This document shows, one piece after another, positions 1-9,493 of a DNA stretch of 44,113 nucleotides. A model generated the notes under the pieces. The model saw only the letters and a list, made by a program, of their open reading frames with translations, had not been told where the DNA came from and did no database searches. Where the stretch lies: the IMG/VR virus record IMGVR_UViG_3300028422_000241. One strand, given 5' to 3'. Position numbers and translations under genes: made by a program. The first letter of the stretch is position 1; the number at the start of each line of letters is the position of its first letter. The stretch comes from a virus.

Positions 1-144
1 GCATCTGCCATGGTTTTTGCGTTGGTCGCATCGTCCAGCTTTTCAAAATACTGCAGCACGCCCCATTTGCTTATATTGGATCCGTCCTGTGCAATGAACA
101 CCTGGCGGGTTCCGGCATCACTGTCCTCATATGTGAGTTTAATT
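1..144. repeat. Terminal overlap, identical to 43970-44113 (circular closure of the contig, or a short terminal redundancy)
   Basis: The first 144 nt (gcatctgccatggtttttgc...gtgagtttaatt) recur verbatim as the last 144 nt. An ORF reads in frame across the junction. Confidence 0.97.
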
Positions 145-749
145 CTGTTGTATGTCTTATCGGCAATACTGGTTTTATAATCGTAATCGCCGGCGGTTTC
201 CTCGTTGATCACGATCCCCAATTTCATATTGGCGATGTTGGTAAGCATTAACTTACCCGCTTTGTCATAGAGCACATACATCTCTGTTTTTGCTTTCAGT
301 GTTTCGTCCAAAGCGTTTTGAATAATATCAAACAGGCTGGTGTTTTCCTCGGTCCTGGTGGCTATTTTATAGCCGGTATTTTCAAGGGTGCCAAGGTTCA
401 GCCCAAAGTCCTCTGCGATCATTTTTACAACCTCTGTGGCCGTCTTGTTGCTGTACACATAGGTGTCTTTGTTTCGCAGGTAATACAGTTGGTCATAGAC
501 AGTAACCTTAATAACATTAGGGTTGCTGCCCGATCTCGATTTATCGAAAACAAAGCCGTAAAAAAGAGGTGTGCCGTCCACTGAAAAGCGGCAGGCATCG
601 CCCTCCTCAAAGCTGAGGCCATCGGTTTTAACAACCTCAAAGGTAAGTTTACCGGGCTGCCCTTGCCGCTCCCATTCCACCGTTACACCGTCAACGATGG
701 GAGGGAGCATAAGAGTTTTACCGTGTTGGATAAAAAGCTCATATGTCAT
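1..749 (-). CDS. XkdQ-like tail/baseplate protein (late control D-like), N-terminal part. The gene continues at 43753-43969 across the circular junction, giving 321 aa in total.
   Basis: ATG at 749 overlaps the upstream stop (ATGA). The frame is open to the window edge and in frame with ORF 43753-44070 once 1 is equated with 43970. It sits between the LysM (XkdP-like) and XkdR-like genes. Confidence 0.75.
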   Translation of the reverse strand, partial: MTYELFIQHGKTLMLPPIVDGVTVEWERQGQPGKLTFEVVKTDGLSFEEGDACRFSVDGTPLFYGFVFDKSRSGSNPNVIKVTVYDQLYYLRNKDTYVYSNKTATEVVKMIAEDFGLNLGTLENTGYKIATRTEENTSLFDIIQNALDETLKAKTEMYVLYDKAGKLMLTNIANMKLGIVINEETAGDYDYKTSIADKTYNRIKLTYEDSDAGTRQVFIAQDGSNISKWGVLQYFEKLDDATNAKTMAD

Positions 750-1405
750 TGTGGTATCGCAAATACTTGCCCAACATATATGAGGTTAGGGTTTTTAATG
801 ATCCCCTTATTGGCCTCAAAAATTTTGGAGTATTTTGCTCCATTTCCATAATACTTTTTAGCAATTCCCCAGAGCGTGTCACCACTTTTAACGGTGTAGG
901 TGTTGACTTTTGGGGCGGTTGTGGCCGGCCGCTCGGCTGTCACCGTGGCTGTTTTGGTAACGGCTGCGGTGTTTCGCGTTGCCTCGGTTTCAACCTTAAC
1001 GGTTTTCGTGCTGTAATCTCGGTATTGCTTGAGCTCAACGTCAACACTAAGATCAAGGCCGTTTGTGGCGTTCTCATTAACTGTGTAATCTTCCACGCTC
1101 ACCTTAATGTTTGTGTCAAACAGCAGCTGGCCGCTGGGGGATGTTCTCGTCATAATAAACTGCGTTGTTGCCTTGCTGGTTTTGAGCTTTTCAAGTATGC
1201 CGAGGTAGTATTCCGGGGAACGCGCCCCGGACAACATGGGAAAGGTAAGAGGGAGGGTGATCTCGGTGAGCCCGGGTGTGCGCAAAAAGTTAATTTCACC
1301 CTCATTAAGCAGCGTGAGTGTTGCGTTTCGGCCTTTGACCTTAACCGTTAGCTTTGCCGGTGTTTCCGGCATAAGCACGCCGCCTAAATAACACTTATAG
1401 CTCAT
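746..1405 (-). CDS. LysM-domain tail protein (XkdP-like)
   Basis: C-terminal LysM motif YTVKSGDTLWGIAKKYYGNGAKYSKIFEANKGIIKNPNLIYVGQVFAIP. ATG at 1405 lies 9 nt after AGGGGG. Positioned directly after the tape measure gene. Confidence 0.85.
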   Translation of the reverse strand: MSYKCYLGGVLMPETPAKLTVKVKGRNATLTLLNEGEINFLRTPGLTEITLPLTFPMLSGARSPEYYLGILEKLKTSKATTQFIMTRTSPSGQLLFDTNIKVSVEDYTVNENATNGLDLSVDVELKQYRDYSTKTVKVETEATRNTAAVTKTATVTAERPATTAPKVNTYTVKSGDTLWGIAKKYYGNGAKYSKIFEANKGIIKNPNLIYVGQVFAIPQ

Positions 1406-3560
1406 CGTCATGCACCCCCTCTGCTGCGGTACTGAGGGCATCAACAAACTCCTCTGTGAGTTTATTAACCACGCCGTCAATATCCATGTCGCTGTCAATG
1501 CGGTTTGTCATGCCCGTCATATCAATTTTAACCTCTGCGGTTGTAAAGCGGTTTATGGCCTCTTTTTCTGCAATGTCACGCAGGTATGCAAGCTCCTCCG
1601 TTGTTTTCTTGCTGTTGTCGGAAAGGCTTGAGGTATCGCCGGCTATATCGTCCAGGGTGCCACCGGTACCAAGCGCACCGGTTAAGGTGTCGGCTGTGTC
1701 GGTAATGTCACTCATATTGAACATATTGCCGATTGAGGCATCAATGTTTTCACCTGCGCTGTACCCGGCGCTCCATGCATCCGAGTAAGCAATACGCTTG
1801 AGCCCCAGGCCCTCAACCGAAAGATCCAAGTTGCTTACAACGTCCTGGTAGTTTTCATTAGGCGCGTACTCTGCGACAAGCGCATCCGCTTTGCCTTTTA
1901 ACCCGTCACGCCAGCCCTGTACGGTGTCGGCCATGTTGGATCCGAAAACAAAATCAAGGGCAGAGGCGATTTTTTGAAGTATGGCAAGCACATTGTCTGC
2001 CATGCCCTGGAATAAGTAAATAATCGAGCTTACGGGGTTTGTAAACACATTCCCAATAAAGTTTGCAAGCTCAATAAATGGGTTTATCAAATAATTTATA
2101 ATGCCAAGGATCAGCTCAAGTATGCCGAGGAAAAGATCCCACACGAAAGCGCCGGCAGCTGCAAGCGCTCCCAAAATTACACCGGTTGCTGAAATGCTGG
2201 AGCCGGTGAGCTTATTAATGGCACCAATTACAGCGTAAATAATCACTATAATTGCAATGATAAGCAGTATGATCCATGTAAGCGGGCAGGCGTACAAAGC
2301 AGCGTTAAAAGCCACTTGCGCGGCCGTCATGCCGGTTGTAGCGGCCGCCTCTGCAACAGTCGCGGTACCATGTGCCACGGCGGCAATAGCCGCTATTGTC
2401 TTTAGGGCGGTGCTTATACCTTGAATGGTGTTTGATATAAGCATGGCGGTGTTGTAAGCGATCACAGCAGCCACAATGCCCCAAACAATAGGACCGAGCC
2501 AGCCCCAATTTTGTGCCATAAAATTATAGATATTGCAAACCAACCCGAACACACCGGCAAGCACTCCCGCAAGGGTGCCAACGGTACTGATGAGGCTGTC
2601 AATGGTGCTCTGTACTTTCGGATTGTTCGCAAGCTGATTGATCTTTATAAGCACCCCGTCCAACGCCTTTGTGGCCTTGTTTTGCATACTGTTCCACACC
2701 TGGCCCCACGTCATGGGCATGGCGTTAAACCTTGCCTCAACCTCATCGGCAGAATTAAACACGGCGGCCTTGATAACATTTGCTGTCAAAAGGCCATCCG
2801 CTGCCCACTCTTTCATTGTGCCTTTAACGCCCTGTACATTCCGCATATAGTCCTCAATGCTCTTGGCAAGGAGCGGGGCATTTTCAATAATAGAGCGGTA
2901 TTCATCGCCTTGTAGCCGGCCGGAGCCCATGGCTTGCGTGAGCTGATACATCGCGCTTGACATTTCCGTTGCGGATGCACCGCCAACAACAAAGTTTTTA
3001 TTTACCAATTCAGTAAAGGCAATAAGCTGATCATTATTTTTGAAAGCATCCGGCGCAACCAGCCCAAGTTTGGAAACGGTTTGCATCGTGTCAACATAGT
3101 TGGCTCTGGAGCGCTGGGCTGATCGGTATATTTTTTCCTCTAACGCATCAACGCTGCCGCCATCGTCTACAATGAGCTCCAGGCGGGCGCTGCCGCTTGT
3201 TAGCGTGTCCGAAAGGCCAACCAAGCCTTTTACTGCGTTCATACCTAAGTACGCAGCGGCTATGCCTTTTATTTTACTTAAAAGCCCGCTTGCTTTTGAG
3301 CCCCCGGTGCTTATTCGCTTATTTAGTTGATCCTGCTGCTCATTGCAACGGCGGTAATTTTCCTCCATTTCATCGAGGGCTGCATTGGCCCGGCCGATCT
3401 CTTGCCTCGCAGCAGATATGTTGCGGTTGTCGATAGCATGACCGGATGCCCTTTGCACGGCCTCAAAATTGTTGAGTACCAGGCCCATTGCACGGTTGAT
3501 CCGCTTTAATGCAGCAGACATACCATCGTTGATGATAAGTTGCGATCTTACGGCGCCCAT
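1395..3560 (-). CDS. Tail tape measure protein
   Basis: 721 aa with an N-terminal coiled-coil region and a central Gly/Ala/Ile-rich hydrophobic region. Positioned after the chaperone pair. GGAGG lies 5 nt before ATG 3560. Confidence 0.9.
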   Translation of the reverse strand: MGAVRSQLIINDGMSAALKRINRAMGLVLNNFEAVQRASGHAIDNRNISAARQEIGRANAALDEMEENYRRCNEQQDQLNKRISTGGSKASGLLSKIKGIAAAYLGMNAVKGLVGLSDTLTSGSARLELIVDDGGSVDALEEKIYRSAQRSRANYVDTMQTVSKLGLVAPDAFKNNDQLIAFTELVNKNFVVGGASATEMSSAMYQLTQAMGSGRLQGDEYRSIIENAPLLAKSIEDYMRNVQGVKGTMKEWAADGLLTANVIKAAVFNSADEVEARFNAMPMTWGQVWNSMQNKATKALDGVLIKINQLANNPKVQSTIDSLISTVGTLAGVLAGVFGLVCNIYNFMAQNWGWLGPIVWGIVAAVIAYNTAMLISNTIQGISTALKTIAAIAAVAHGTATVAEAAATTGMTAAQVAFNAALYACPLTWIILLIIAIIVIIYAVIGAINKLTGSSISATGVILGALAAAGAFVWDLFLGILELILGIINYLINPFIELANFIGNVFTNPVSSIIYLFQGMADNVLAILQKIASALDFVFGSNMADTVQGWRDGLKGKADALVAEYAPNENYQDVVSNLDLSVEGLGLKRIAYSDAWSAGYSAGENIDASIGNMFNMSDITDTADTLTGALGTGGTLDDIAGDTSSLSDNSKKTTEELAYLRDIAEKEAINRFTTAEVKIDMTGMTNRIDSDMDIDGVVNKLTEEFVDALSTAAEGVHDDEL

Positions 3561-3605
3561 AAGCACCTCCTCTCTGGAAAGGTAAAGCGGAGCAGGAGCC
3601 CCGCC

Positions 3606-4222
3606 TTATTTCCGTCTGTTTGCTTTTCTTTTTGCGGTTGCCGCCTCTTGTTTTTCCTTTTCAATTCGTACGTCAATGGCAGCCACAACAAACGCCATTT
3701 CATACGGATCAAGAGCTAAAAACTCGCGCGGTTTCCACCGGAATTTGTGGAGGGCGTAATAGGCGTAATTGGCCTCTGCATCGCCCTCCAGTATTAGTTT
3801 TTTGCCTCGTCCACCAATTCCTGTGTATCGGCAAAGCCGTTAATGTCAAGAATAGCGGAAACGTACTCATCAAACTCGCCAAAGGTGAGCATGGTGGTAA
3901 TAAGCTGCTCCGCACCCATAACGCCGTAGCTTTCCTGCAATTCAGCATCATCAAGGTTGGGGAAAACGGTGCACGCCACAGCAATTTTTGCTTGGTATGT
4001 CTGCCCGTCAAATTCCTGTGTAAACTGCCCGCGTTTTCCCTGTACGGGAATGTTGCGGGTGCAGGCCTTGCGGAGCTTTTGGTTTTCGCTTGCTGAAATG
4101 GATCTGATCTCCCACTCCATGGGTTTGCCGTCCGCACCAACAAAGCGCTGGGATGCAACGATCTTTCGGTTTTCAACCTGTTTTGCGTTCTGCGCCATAA
4201 AGGCGCTTAATGAATTTGCCAT
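3606..4222 (-). CDS. Tail assembly chaperone, predicted -1 frameshift fusion product (G/GT-like)
   Basis: Slippery heptamer A_AAA_AAC at 3797-3803 lies immediately before the zero-frame stop. The -1 frame stays open for 63 more codons (LILEGDAEANYAYYALHKFRWKPREF...KRKANRRK) to TAA at 3606. This stretch otherwise has no start-codon-initiated ORF. Confidence 0.6.
3794..4222 (-). CDS. Tail assembly chaperone (XkdN-like)
   Basis: 142 aa (MANSLSAFMAQNAKQVENRKIVASQRF...) between the tube and tape measure genes. Resembles the XkdN family. Confidence 0.85.
   Translation of the reverse strand: MANSLSAFMAQNAKQVENRKIVASQRFVGADGKPMEWEIRSISASENQKLRKACTRNIPVQGKRGQFTQEFDGQTYQAKIAVACTVFPNLDDAELQESYGVMGAEQLITTMLTFGEFDEYVSAILDINGFADTQELVDEAKN
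3797..3803 (-). promoter_or_regulatory. Programmed -1 ribosomal frameshift slippery site A_AAA_AAC
   Basis: Plus strand reads gtttttt, which is AAAAAAC on the minus strand, in the X_XXY_YYZ phase relative to the XkdN-like frame. Confidence 0.6.
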
Positions 4223-4250
4223 TGTGGTATTACCTCCTTAATTTTGTGGC

Positions 4251-4727
4251 TTACATATAAGCCGGGTTTCTGTACTTTTCGGGGCGTGTGATGCCGCCGG
4301 CAAACCCGCTGATCTCTTGTTCAATGAAATCATCCTCGGAGCCTGCCATTGAAAGCAGCACATCGCCGTCAAGCACACAGTTGTTATAAACTTTGGTGCT
4401 GCGGCCCATAGAGGTTGCGGGATCATCGTTTGATGTCTGGATGTCCAGCGTGGGCATTACGCCTGTTTTCATAAACTCGTCAAGCACATCGTCAAAGATC
4501 TCGGTGCACTTGTAAATAGTCATAGAAAACGAAAGCTCAACACTTGTGGGCTTTTTGCCCATAATAATTGAGCCCATGCGGGGCACGTCCTGGGTGGAAA
4601 TGTTGGCCTTGCCCTCAAAGTTTTTGCACATAAGCATTGCATATCGGTTGCCTTTTAGGGTTACAAAAACCTCTGCATATTTCGCAACCGGTGCATCGTT
4701 AGTGGCCATTACTTTTGTTGCGCTCAT
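4251..4727 (-). CDS. Tail tube protein (XkdM-like)
   Basis: 158 aa, follows the sheath gene, with GGAGG 8 nt before the ATG. Resembles the XkdM core tail family. Confidence 0.9.
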   Translation of the reverse strand: MSATKVMATNDAPVAKYAEVFVTLKGNRYAMLMCKNFEGKANISTQDVPRMGSIIMGKKPTSVELSFSMTIYKCTEIFDDVLDEFMKTGVMPTLDIQTSNDDPATSMGRSTKVYNNCVLDGDVLLSMAGSEDDFIEQEISGFAGGITRPEKYRNPAYM

Positions 4728-4740
4728 TTACGCTACCTCC

Positions 4741-6063
4741 TTACTGAATAATTACGCTCATATAGAGCTGTGACATTGCATTGATAATGTTGAGGCCGTT
4801 AATGTTAAGCAGCACAGCTCTCTTGTTGTCACCAACCTCAACGCTTACGGTGTCTGTGTCGAAGTCCTCAACCGCACGGATGCGCTCAAGCTCCTGCACG
4901 AGTTTTACAACGTCATTCCAAAGCGTTGCACGCCCGGAGGCATCGTTAGGCACAGAGCCCACATAACGTGTATTGAAAAGCACGGCCACATCATTTGCGA
5001 TCTGGTCGCATACTCTTACAGTTTGGTTGCTCTGGAACACCTCGCCCTTTTCATCGCTAAGGGTTACAAGGCTGTTAATGTCCTCCAACACACGGACTGT
5101 GCCATTGACATTGTGCAGCATAAACTTGCCGGCTTTGATAGCCGCCTCAAGCTCAACCTGCGTATAATCAACATCCACGATCAGCTCACCGTCATAAACG
5201 GTATTTGTGAGGGACTTATTAACCGCCACACCGGCCTGTGCACCGGCTGCCCAATAAACAAGGCCGTGGGATCCAGCGGATGAAATGCTGGGGTGTGTTG
5301 CCTCATTCCATACGCCGATAACGCCCTCATAGTCTGCAGCAGCCTGCCAAGCAACAAGCTGGAATTTTGCTCCCAGATCGTCACGCACACGCTGTGCAAA
5401 ACTGGTGTACAGCGCTACCACGGAGCCATCGGATGCCGGGCAGCAAAGCGCGTTATAGGAATAGCTCTCGATCTTATCGAGGAAAGCCTGGTGATCCTCA
5501 CCGGTAATGCTTGCAGCGTTGGCGCCTGTTGTGAAAGTTGCGCCAGCTGTTACTGCAAGCACAGCATCCTTTTTGAACACCACAAAAGCGTTGTCAACAA
5601 GGTTTGATGCACCCGCAACTGTCTGCTTTTCAAGGAAAGCGCCGCCAACATAGGTGCTGACGTCAAACAGATCCTCATTGTCAATGTTTTCGGAAACAAC
5701 GATGGTAATGTCATTGCCGCGAGTGCCGGGGTGTCTTGCTGTACCATATGTGCCAGTAGCTTTTACAGCGCCGCTGCCTAAACGGTAACAAAGCACCTTT
5801 GTTGCGTGCTTGAAGATCTCACGCAGGGCAAGCAGCTCCGGGGCATCGTAGCCATAGCCGAAAATGGTTTTGCTGTTTTTCTGGAAATCGCCGAAAGTTA
5901 CCTCAAAAACGGTATCCTCCGGCCCCCAATTCAGCTCAAAGGGCGCGGCTGCAATTCCTCTGTCGGAAAGCGCTGCGCTTGCTTTGGCTAAGCTGGTAAA
6001 ATTGATATAAGTACCGGGCATTACTTTGTTTTGAGTAAGCCAAGTGCCGCCACCATGTGCCAT
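4741..6063 (-). CDS. Contractile tail sheath protein (XkdK-like)
   Basis: 440 aa. N-terminus GGGTWLTQNKVMPGTYINF is typical of the phage sheath family. Followed by the tube gene. Confidence 0.92.
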   Translation of the reverse strand: MAHGGGTWLTQNKVMPGTYINFTSLAKASAALSDRGIAAAPFELNWGPEDTVFEVTFGDFQKNSKTIFGYGYDAPELLALREIFKHATKVLCYRLGSGAVKATGTYGTARHPGTRGNDITIVVSENIDNEDLFDVSTYVGGAFLEKQTVAGASNLVDNAFVVFKKDAVLAVTAGATFTTGANAASITGEDHQAFLDKIESYSYNALCCPASDGSVVALYTSFAQRVRDDLGAKFQLVAWQAAADYEGVIGVWNEATHPSISSAGSHGLVYWAAGAQAGVAVNKSLTNTVYDGELIVDVDYTQVELEAAIKAGKFMLHNVNGTVRVLEDINSLVTLSDEKGEVFQSNQTVRVCDQIANDVAVLFNTRYVGSVPNDASGRATLWNDVVKLVQELERIRAVEDFDTDTVSVEVGDNKRAVLLNINGLNIINAMSQLYMSVIIQ

Positions 6064-6064
6064 A

Positions 6065-6247
6065 TTATCTCACCGATCCTTTCATAAACTTTTCGATCAA
6101 CGCATCCACCTGTGCGGTGGTGTAGGTTTTTCCGGCCACAAGCAGTGCGTTGATGATGTCCCGCCTGTTAGCGTATTTCTGTGAGGCAAGCAGCTGCTCC
6201 TTTGTAAAGGTTGGAGCCGGTGCCTCTGTGGCTTTCTTTTCTGCCAT
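6065..6247 (-). CDS. Hypothetical small protein
   Basis: 60 aa, AGGAGG RBS, tightly packed between the tail-completion and sheath genes. Confidence 0.5.
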   Translation of the reverse strand: MAEKKATEAPAPTFTKEQLLASQKYANRRDIINALLVAGKTYTTAQVDALIEKFMKGSVR

Positions 6248-6258
6248 ATATAAGCCTC

Positions 6259-6684
6259 CTATCTGGTTATTAGCGTTTCCATAAGGTCCCCAACCTCAAC
6301 CTCATACTGTACAAAATGGGGGTAGCTTACAATACAGTGCAGCACATCGTCCTCTATTGTGTACTCAAAGCCGGTGCAATGCACCTTATCGCCGTTAGGG
6401 GTTGTTATGGTGGTAAGCACCTCCGGCAATGCGTTTGCCTTATCCAGGCACTCTGCACGCCCGCCCTCGTCCGTTGGGTAGTAAATCACATCAAAGGTGA
6501 TATTCCGCTTTGATCTGGGGCCGAGCTGTGCCGTGTGGTTTGTGGAAATCGGCAGAACGTTGAAATCACCGGGGCGCAGGTTTTGCTTGACGGTCCGGCC
6601 GTGTATCTGCACCGGTGCGGGGTACGCACGATGCAGCGCCAGGCTTACGCCGTCAAATATATTGTTGAATGTTATCTCAGCCAT
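6259..6684 (-). CDS. Putative tail completion/terminator protein
   Basis: ATG 6684 lies after GGGAGG and overlaps the upstream gene by 8 nt. Function assigned by position between the gp10-like and sheath genes only. Confidence 0.5.
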   Translation of the reverse strand: MAEITFNNIFDGVSLALHRAYPAPVQIHGRTVKQNLRPGDFNVLPISTNHTAQLGPRSKRNITFDVIYYPTDEGGRAECLDKANALPEVLTTITTPNGDKVHCTGFEYTIEDDVLHCIVSYPHFVQYEVEVGDLMETLITR

Positions 6685-7309
6685 CGTTGAAAACCTCCCG
6701 TAAAAGTTTGTCGAGCTTTGCCTCAAGCACAGCGGGCGCGATCCGTTCCAGATCCTCCTCGGATAAGGTCAAGAAGTATTGCCCATCAACCCAGCCCTCT
6801 TTTAGGCTTTTGCCGAGTGCCGGAACATACCGCCCCGGTGTCTGTCTGTGCCCAAATTCCACATAGCTTGCGTATTTAACGGGGTTTACAACCTGTATGG
6901 TGTATCGGTTGCCGGACTTTTGCACCGGCAGGCTTTGGGCATACTCAGCGGCTTGCGCTGCGGTGGGCCTGCCCTTACCGCTCTGCGCCTCTGCCTCTGT
7001 TTTCGCTGTCCAGCCTCGCCGTAGGGTGCCGCCCATGTACCCGCCCCAATACTGCTCAATCCTTGCGGCCTCAGCGGTCAAAAATGATCTGCTTTTACCG
7101 TTGGAGCCTGTTGCTTTTTCAGTTTTGGCGCCTTGTAACTTGGGCCTTTTCCCAACAGGTGTGCGGGGTATGACTAAGGCGAGCAGCCGGGCGGCAAGCT
7201 CTTTTGAGGCCTCCATGCAAAATTTATCAATGTCAATTTTTTGCAGGTTCTCAAGTTTCCTTTGTAGCTCTTGCAGCTGCTTAAAATCTGCATCGCCCCA
7301 CCGTGCCAT
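6677..7309 (-). CDS. HK97 gp10-family head-tail joining/tail component
   Basis: Motifs GTLRRGW and YASYVEFGH. TAATG start/stop overlap with the upstream gene. Confidence 0.75.
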   Translation of the reverse strand: MARWGDADFKQLQELQRKLENLQKIDIDKFCMEASKELAARLLALVIPRTPVGKRPKLQGAKTEKATGSNGKSRSFLTAEAARIEQYWGGYMGGTLRRGWTAKTEAEAQSGKGRPTAAQAAEYAQSLPVQKSGNRYTIQVVNPVKYASYVEFGHRQTPGRYVPALGKSLKEGWVDGQYFLTLSEEDLERIAPAVLEAKLDKLLREVFNDG

Positions 7310-7677
7310 TACGCCCACCCCTTAAAGAGCTCAAGCGGTATTTCCTGGTGGTTTGAATATACAGCCGGCACGCCGCTCTGTTCATACGCCGCCGTTATGC
7401 CGTTCTGTGTCACGGTGATTTTAGATCCGGGGGGAATGTCCACCGCCGGATCAATTATCAGCGTAATGCGTTGGGCTTTCTGGGTGGCATTGTCGGCTTG
7501 TTCTACCGGCTGCACGGTGTCAAAGGAAATACGGCAGGGCTCGTTACTGCAAGTGTCAACCTCACTTTGCGTTGTGCGGCCTGTGTTCTCGTCTGTATCG
7601 TTTTGCCGCACTGTAACGGTGCATCTGCCCTGCCACAGGCTTTTTATCGCCTGGCCATATAAGTTGTTACCTACCAT
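7309..7677 (-). CDS. Head closure / head-tail adaptor protein
   Basis: 122 aa, GGAGG RBS. Size and position are typical of the head-closure family. Confidence 0.6.
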   Translation of the reverse strand: MVGNNLYGQAIKSLWQGRCTVTVRQNDTDENTGRTTQSEVDTCSNEPCRISFDTVQPVEQADNATQKAQRITLIIDPAVDIPPGSKITVTQNGITAAYEQSGVPAVYSNHQEIPLELFKGWA

Positions 7678-8054
7678 TTAAGCCTCCGGAATGAGGCTAA
7701 AAGGGCTTGAGGCGGGGTTGTCAAGGCGGCAACCATCTTGTCAAACCTCGCCTCTGGGGTGCTGCTGTCCGCAAACTCCACGGAAACATCACCCTCACTG
7801 ATTTTTTTAGCGGGCGCCGAGAAGTCAAAGCCCTCGCCAAGTTGGCCGGCGGCTTTTTTGTCCTTTAGGAATAAGCCCGCTGCCATATCAATGTGGGTGT
7901 AGTACAGCCCCTCTGGTATTTCCGTGCGGTTGATATTCGCCTTTATGTATTCGGCGGCACGGTTTATGGAATAGGTAACGGCAGCGCTCTGGCTGTCCGT
8001 TACTGTGTAGCCCAAAGCCGCGAGGCGGGCCACAACATCATCATACTGAGCCAT
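7671..8054 (-). CDS. gp6-like head-tail connector protein
   Basis: ATG 8054 lies 8 nt after GGAGG. Positioned directly after the major capsid gene. Confidence 0.6.
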   Translation of the reverse strand: MAQYDDVVARLAALGYTVTDSQSAAVTYSINRAAEYIKANINRTEIPEGLYYTHIDMAAGLFLKDKKAAGQLGEGFDFSAPAKKISEGDVSVEFADSSTPEARFDKMVAALTTPPQALLASFRRLKW

Positions 8055-8075
8055 TGGCTGCACCTCCTAACTGGC

Positions 8076-9458
8076 TTAACCCCTGGACAAAATGCGCACA
8101 ATGGGGATGGCCTTGTGGTTAATATATGTGCGGTCGGCTGCCTCGCTTTCACCAGTATGCACAACGGTCCAGTTTGCACCGTTTTCAAGCTCTGCATCTG
8201 TCGGTGATGTGCTGGCTTGGCTTGCCTTTTCATAGGAAATACCGAACGGAGCAAAGCACTTGCGCTGTCTGATATAAAGCGTGTCCTCGCCGCCATTGGT
8301 TGCCGCATTTCTGGACATTTCATAAGGCACTTTAACACCAACATCCTCATAAGAAATGGCACCCTTGCCAAGAGCGTATGTGGTGTATTCAGTACCGGTT
8401 GCAGCAGGAGTTGTGGTCGCAAGAGTAACAACCATAGTGTCACCCTCAGTAACAGCCGCTGTGGGTTCGTCCGGGATGCCCGCATCCGTTTTCATGGTCA
8501 TTGTGATAGTGGCAGAGTTAATGGTGTAAGTATATTTTGCCTCCACACCGGTTTTGCTTTCGAGCATTGTTTTAATATTCGCAGCCTGCTGAGCTGCGGT
8601 GCCTGCAGCGCCCACTTTGATCTCATTAACTCCTGGGGTTGCATCATTAGCAACAAAAGTATATTTTGTGCCAAAGATGGTGATCTCGTCTGTTGCCACA
8701 GCAGCGGTATCAACTTTGAGCGTGTACACACCGGGTGTGGTGACAATGCCCCTTGTCGGCATTTCATCATCAACCACAATGAGCTTACCGTTCCAGGTGC
8801 CGAGTTCAAGGTTACGCTTGATACCGTCCGCATCTGTGTACTGTAAACGCTCAACAAGATTGAGGTTTTCAAGGCCGGTGGCAACATCGCTGTGCATGAA
8901 CACAAGAGCAAAGCTCTTTTTGTTTGCGCCGCAGGCTTTGTTGGTAGCGGTGTTGAGGGTTGTTGCGGTCATGGCGCCGCTTACCGTTGTGGTGTGCTTG
9001 TCAACAAACTCAAGGTTTTTCGTGCCGGTCATTGAGAAAATACCTTTGAGGACCGCGAGGATCGTTTTCTGGTCGAGGCCGTCCTTATATTCAGCAATCT
9101 GCTTTGCGATGCTGTCCATAAAATCAACCTTGCCGGTAATGTCATAGCTGAAATCTCTCTCAACCCAGCCCTTAGCGCGGCCGATAACAACAACGCCCTG
9201 CTCAAAGGTCTTTGTGCTGGTTGCTGTGATGTCGGTCTGGCCGTCATAGTTTACTGCATCGCCGTCTGCCAAGCCGCGCATAGCAATGCGGGCATAGCCG
9301 GTGCCGTTTTGGTTTGAGAAAACGTCCTTAATGTCCGGGTTGCCTGCGAGGGCAGCGGACTTTTTCAGCTCGTTCAGTTTCAAGTTGGGAACGAGGCCAA
9401 CCTTGTACTTGAAAGCCTCTGCATTGAAAGACTTTGCATCAAATTTTGTATTAGGCAT
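8076..9458 (-). CDS. Major capsid protein (HK97-fold class) with a probable inserted domain
   Basis: 460 aa, directly after the scaffold gene. Assigned by position and size. The middle third (aa ~240-357) looks like an insertion. Confidence 0.85.
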   Translation of the reverse strand: MPNTKFDAKSFNAEAFKYKVGLVPNLKLNELKKSAALAGNPDIKDVFSNQNGTGYARIAMRGLADGDAVNYDGQTDITATSTKTFEQGVVVIGRAKGWVERDFSYDITGKVDFMDSIAKQIAEYKDGLDQKTILAVLKGIFSMTGTKNLEFVDKHTTTVSGAMTATTLNTATNKACGANKKSFALVFMHSDVATGLENLNLVERLQYTDADGIKRNLELGTWNGKLIVVDDEMPTRGIVTTPGVYTLKVDTAAVATDEITIFGTKYTFVANDATPGVNEIKVGAAGTAAQQAANIKTMLESKTGVEAKYTYTINSATITMTMKTDAGIPDEPTAAVTEGDTMVVTLATTTPAATGTEYTTYALGKGAISYEDVGVKVPYEMSRNAATNGGEDTLYIRQRKCFAPFGISYEKASQASTSPTDAELENGANWTVVHTGESEAADRTYINHKAIPIVRILSRG

Positions 9459-9493
9459 AAAATCTCACCTTTTACCTTTCTGTTAATAGTTTT

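Noticed and set aside
3709-4176. 155-aa alternative-frame ORF inside the XkdN-like gene, with similar shadow ORFs at 8000-8485, 8498-8911, 12806-13189, 15901-16518, 17975-18274 and 24378-24638
   Set aside because: These are same-strand or opposite-strand shadow frames within long genes that have recognisable products. Their Arg/Pro/Cys-rich composition is typical of out-of-frame reading in GC-rich coding DNA, and none has an RBS.
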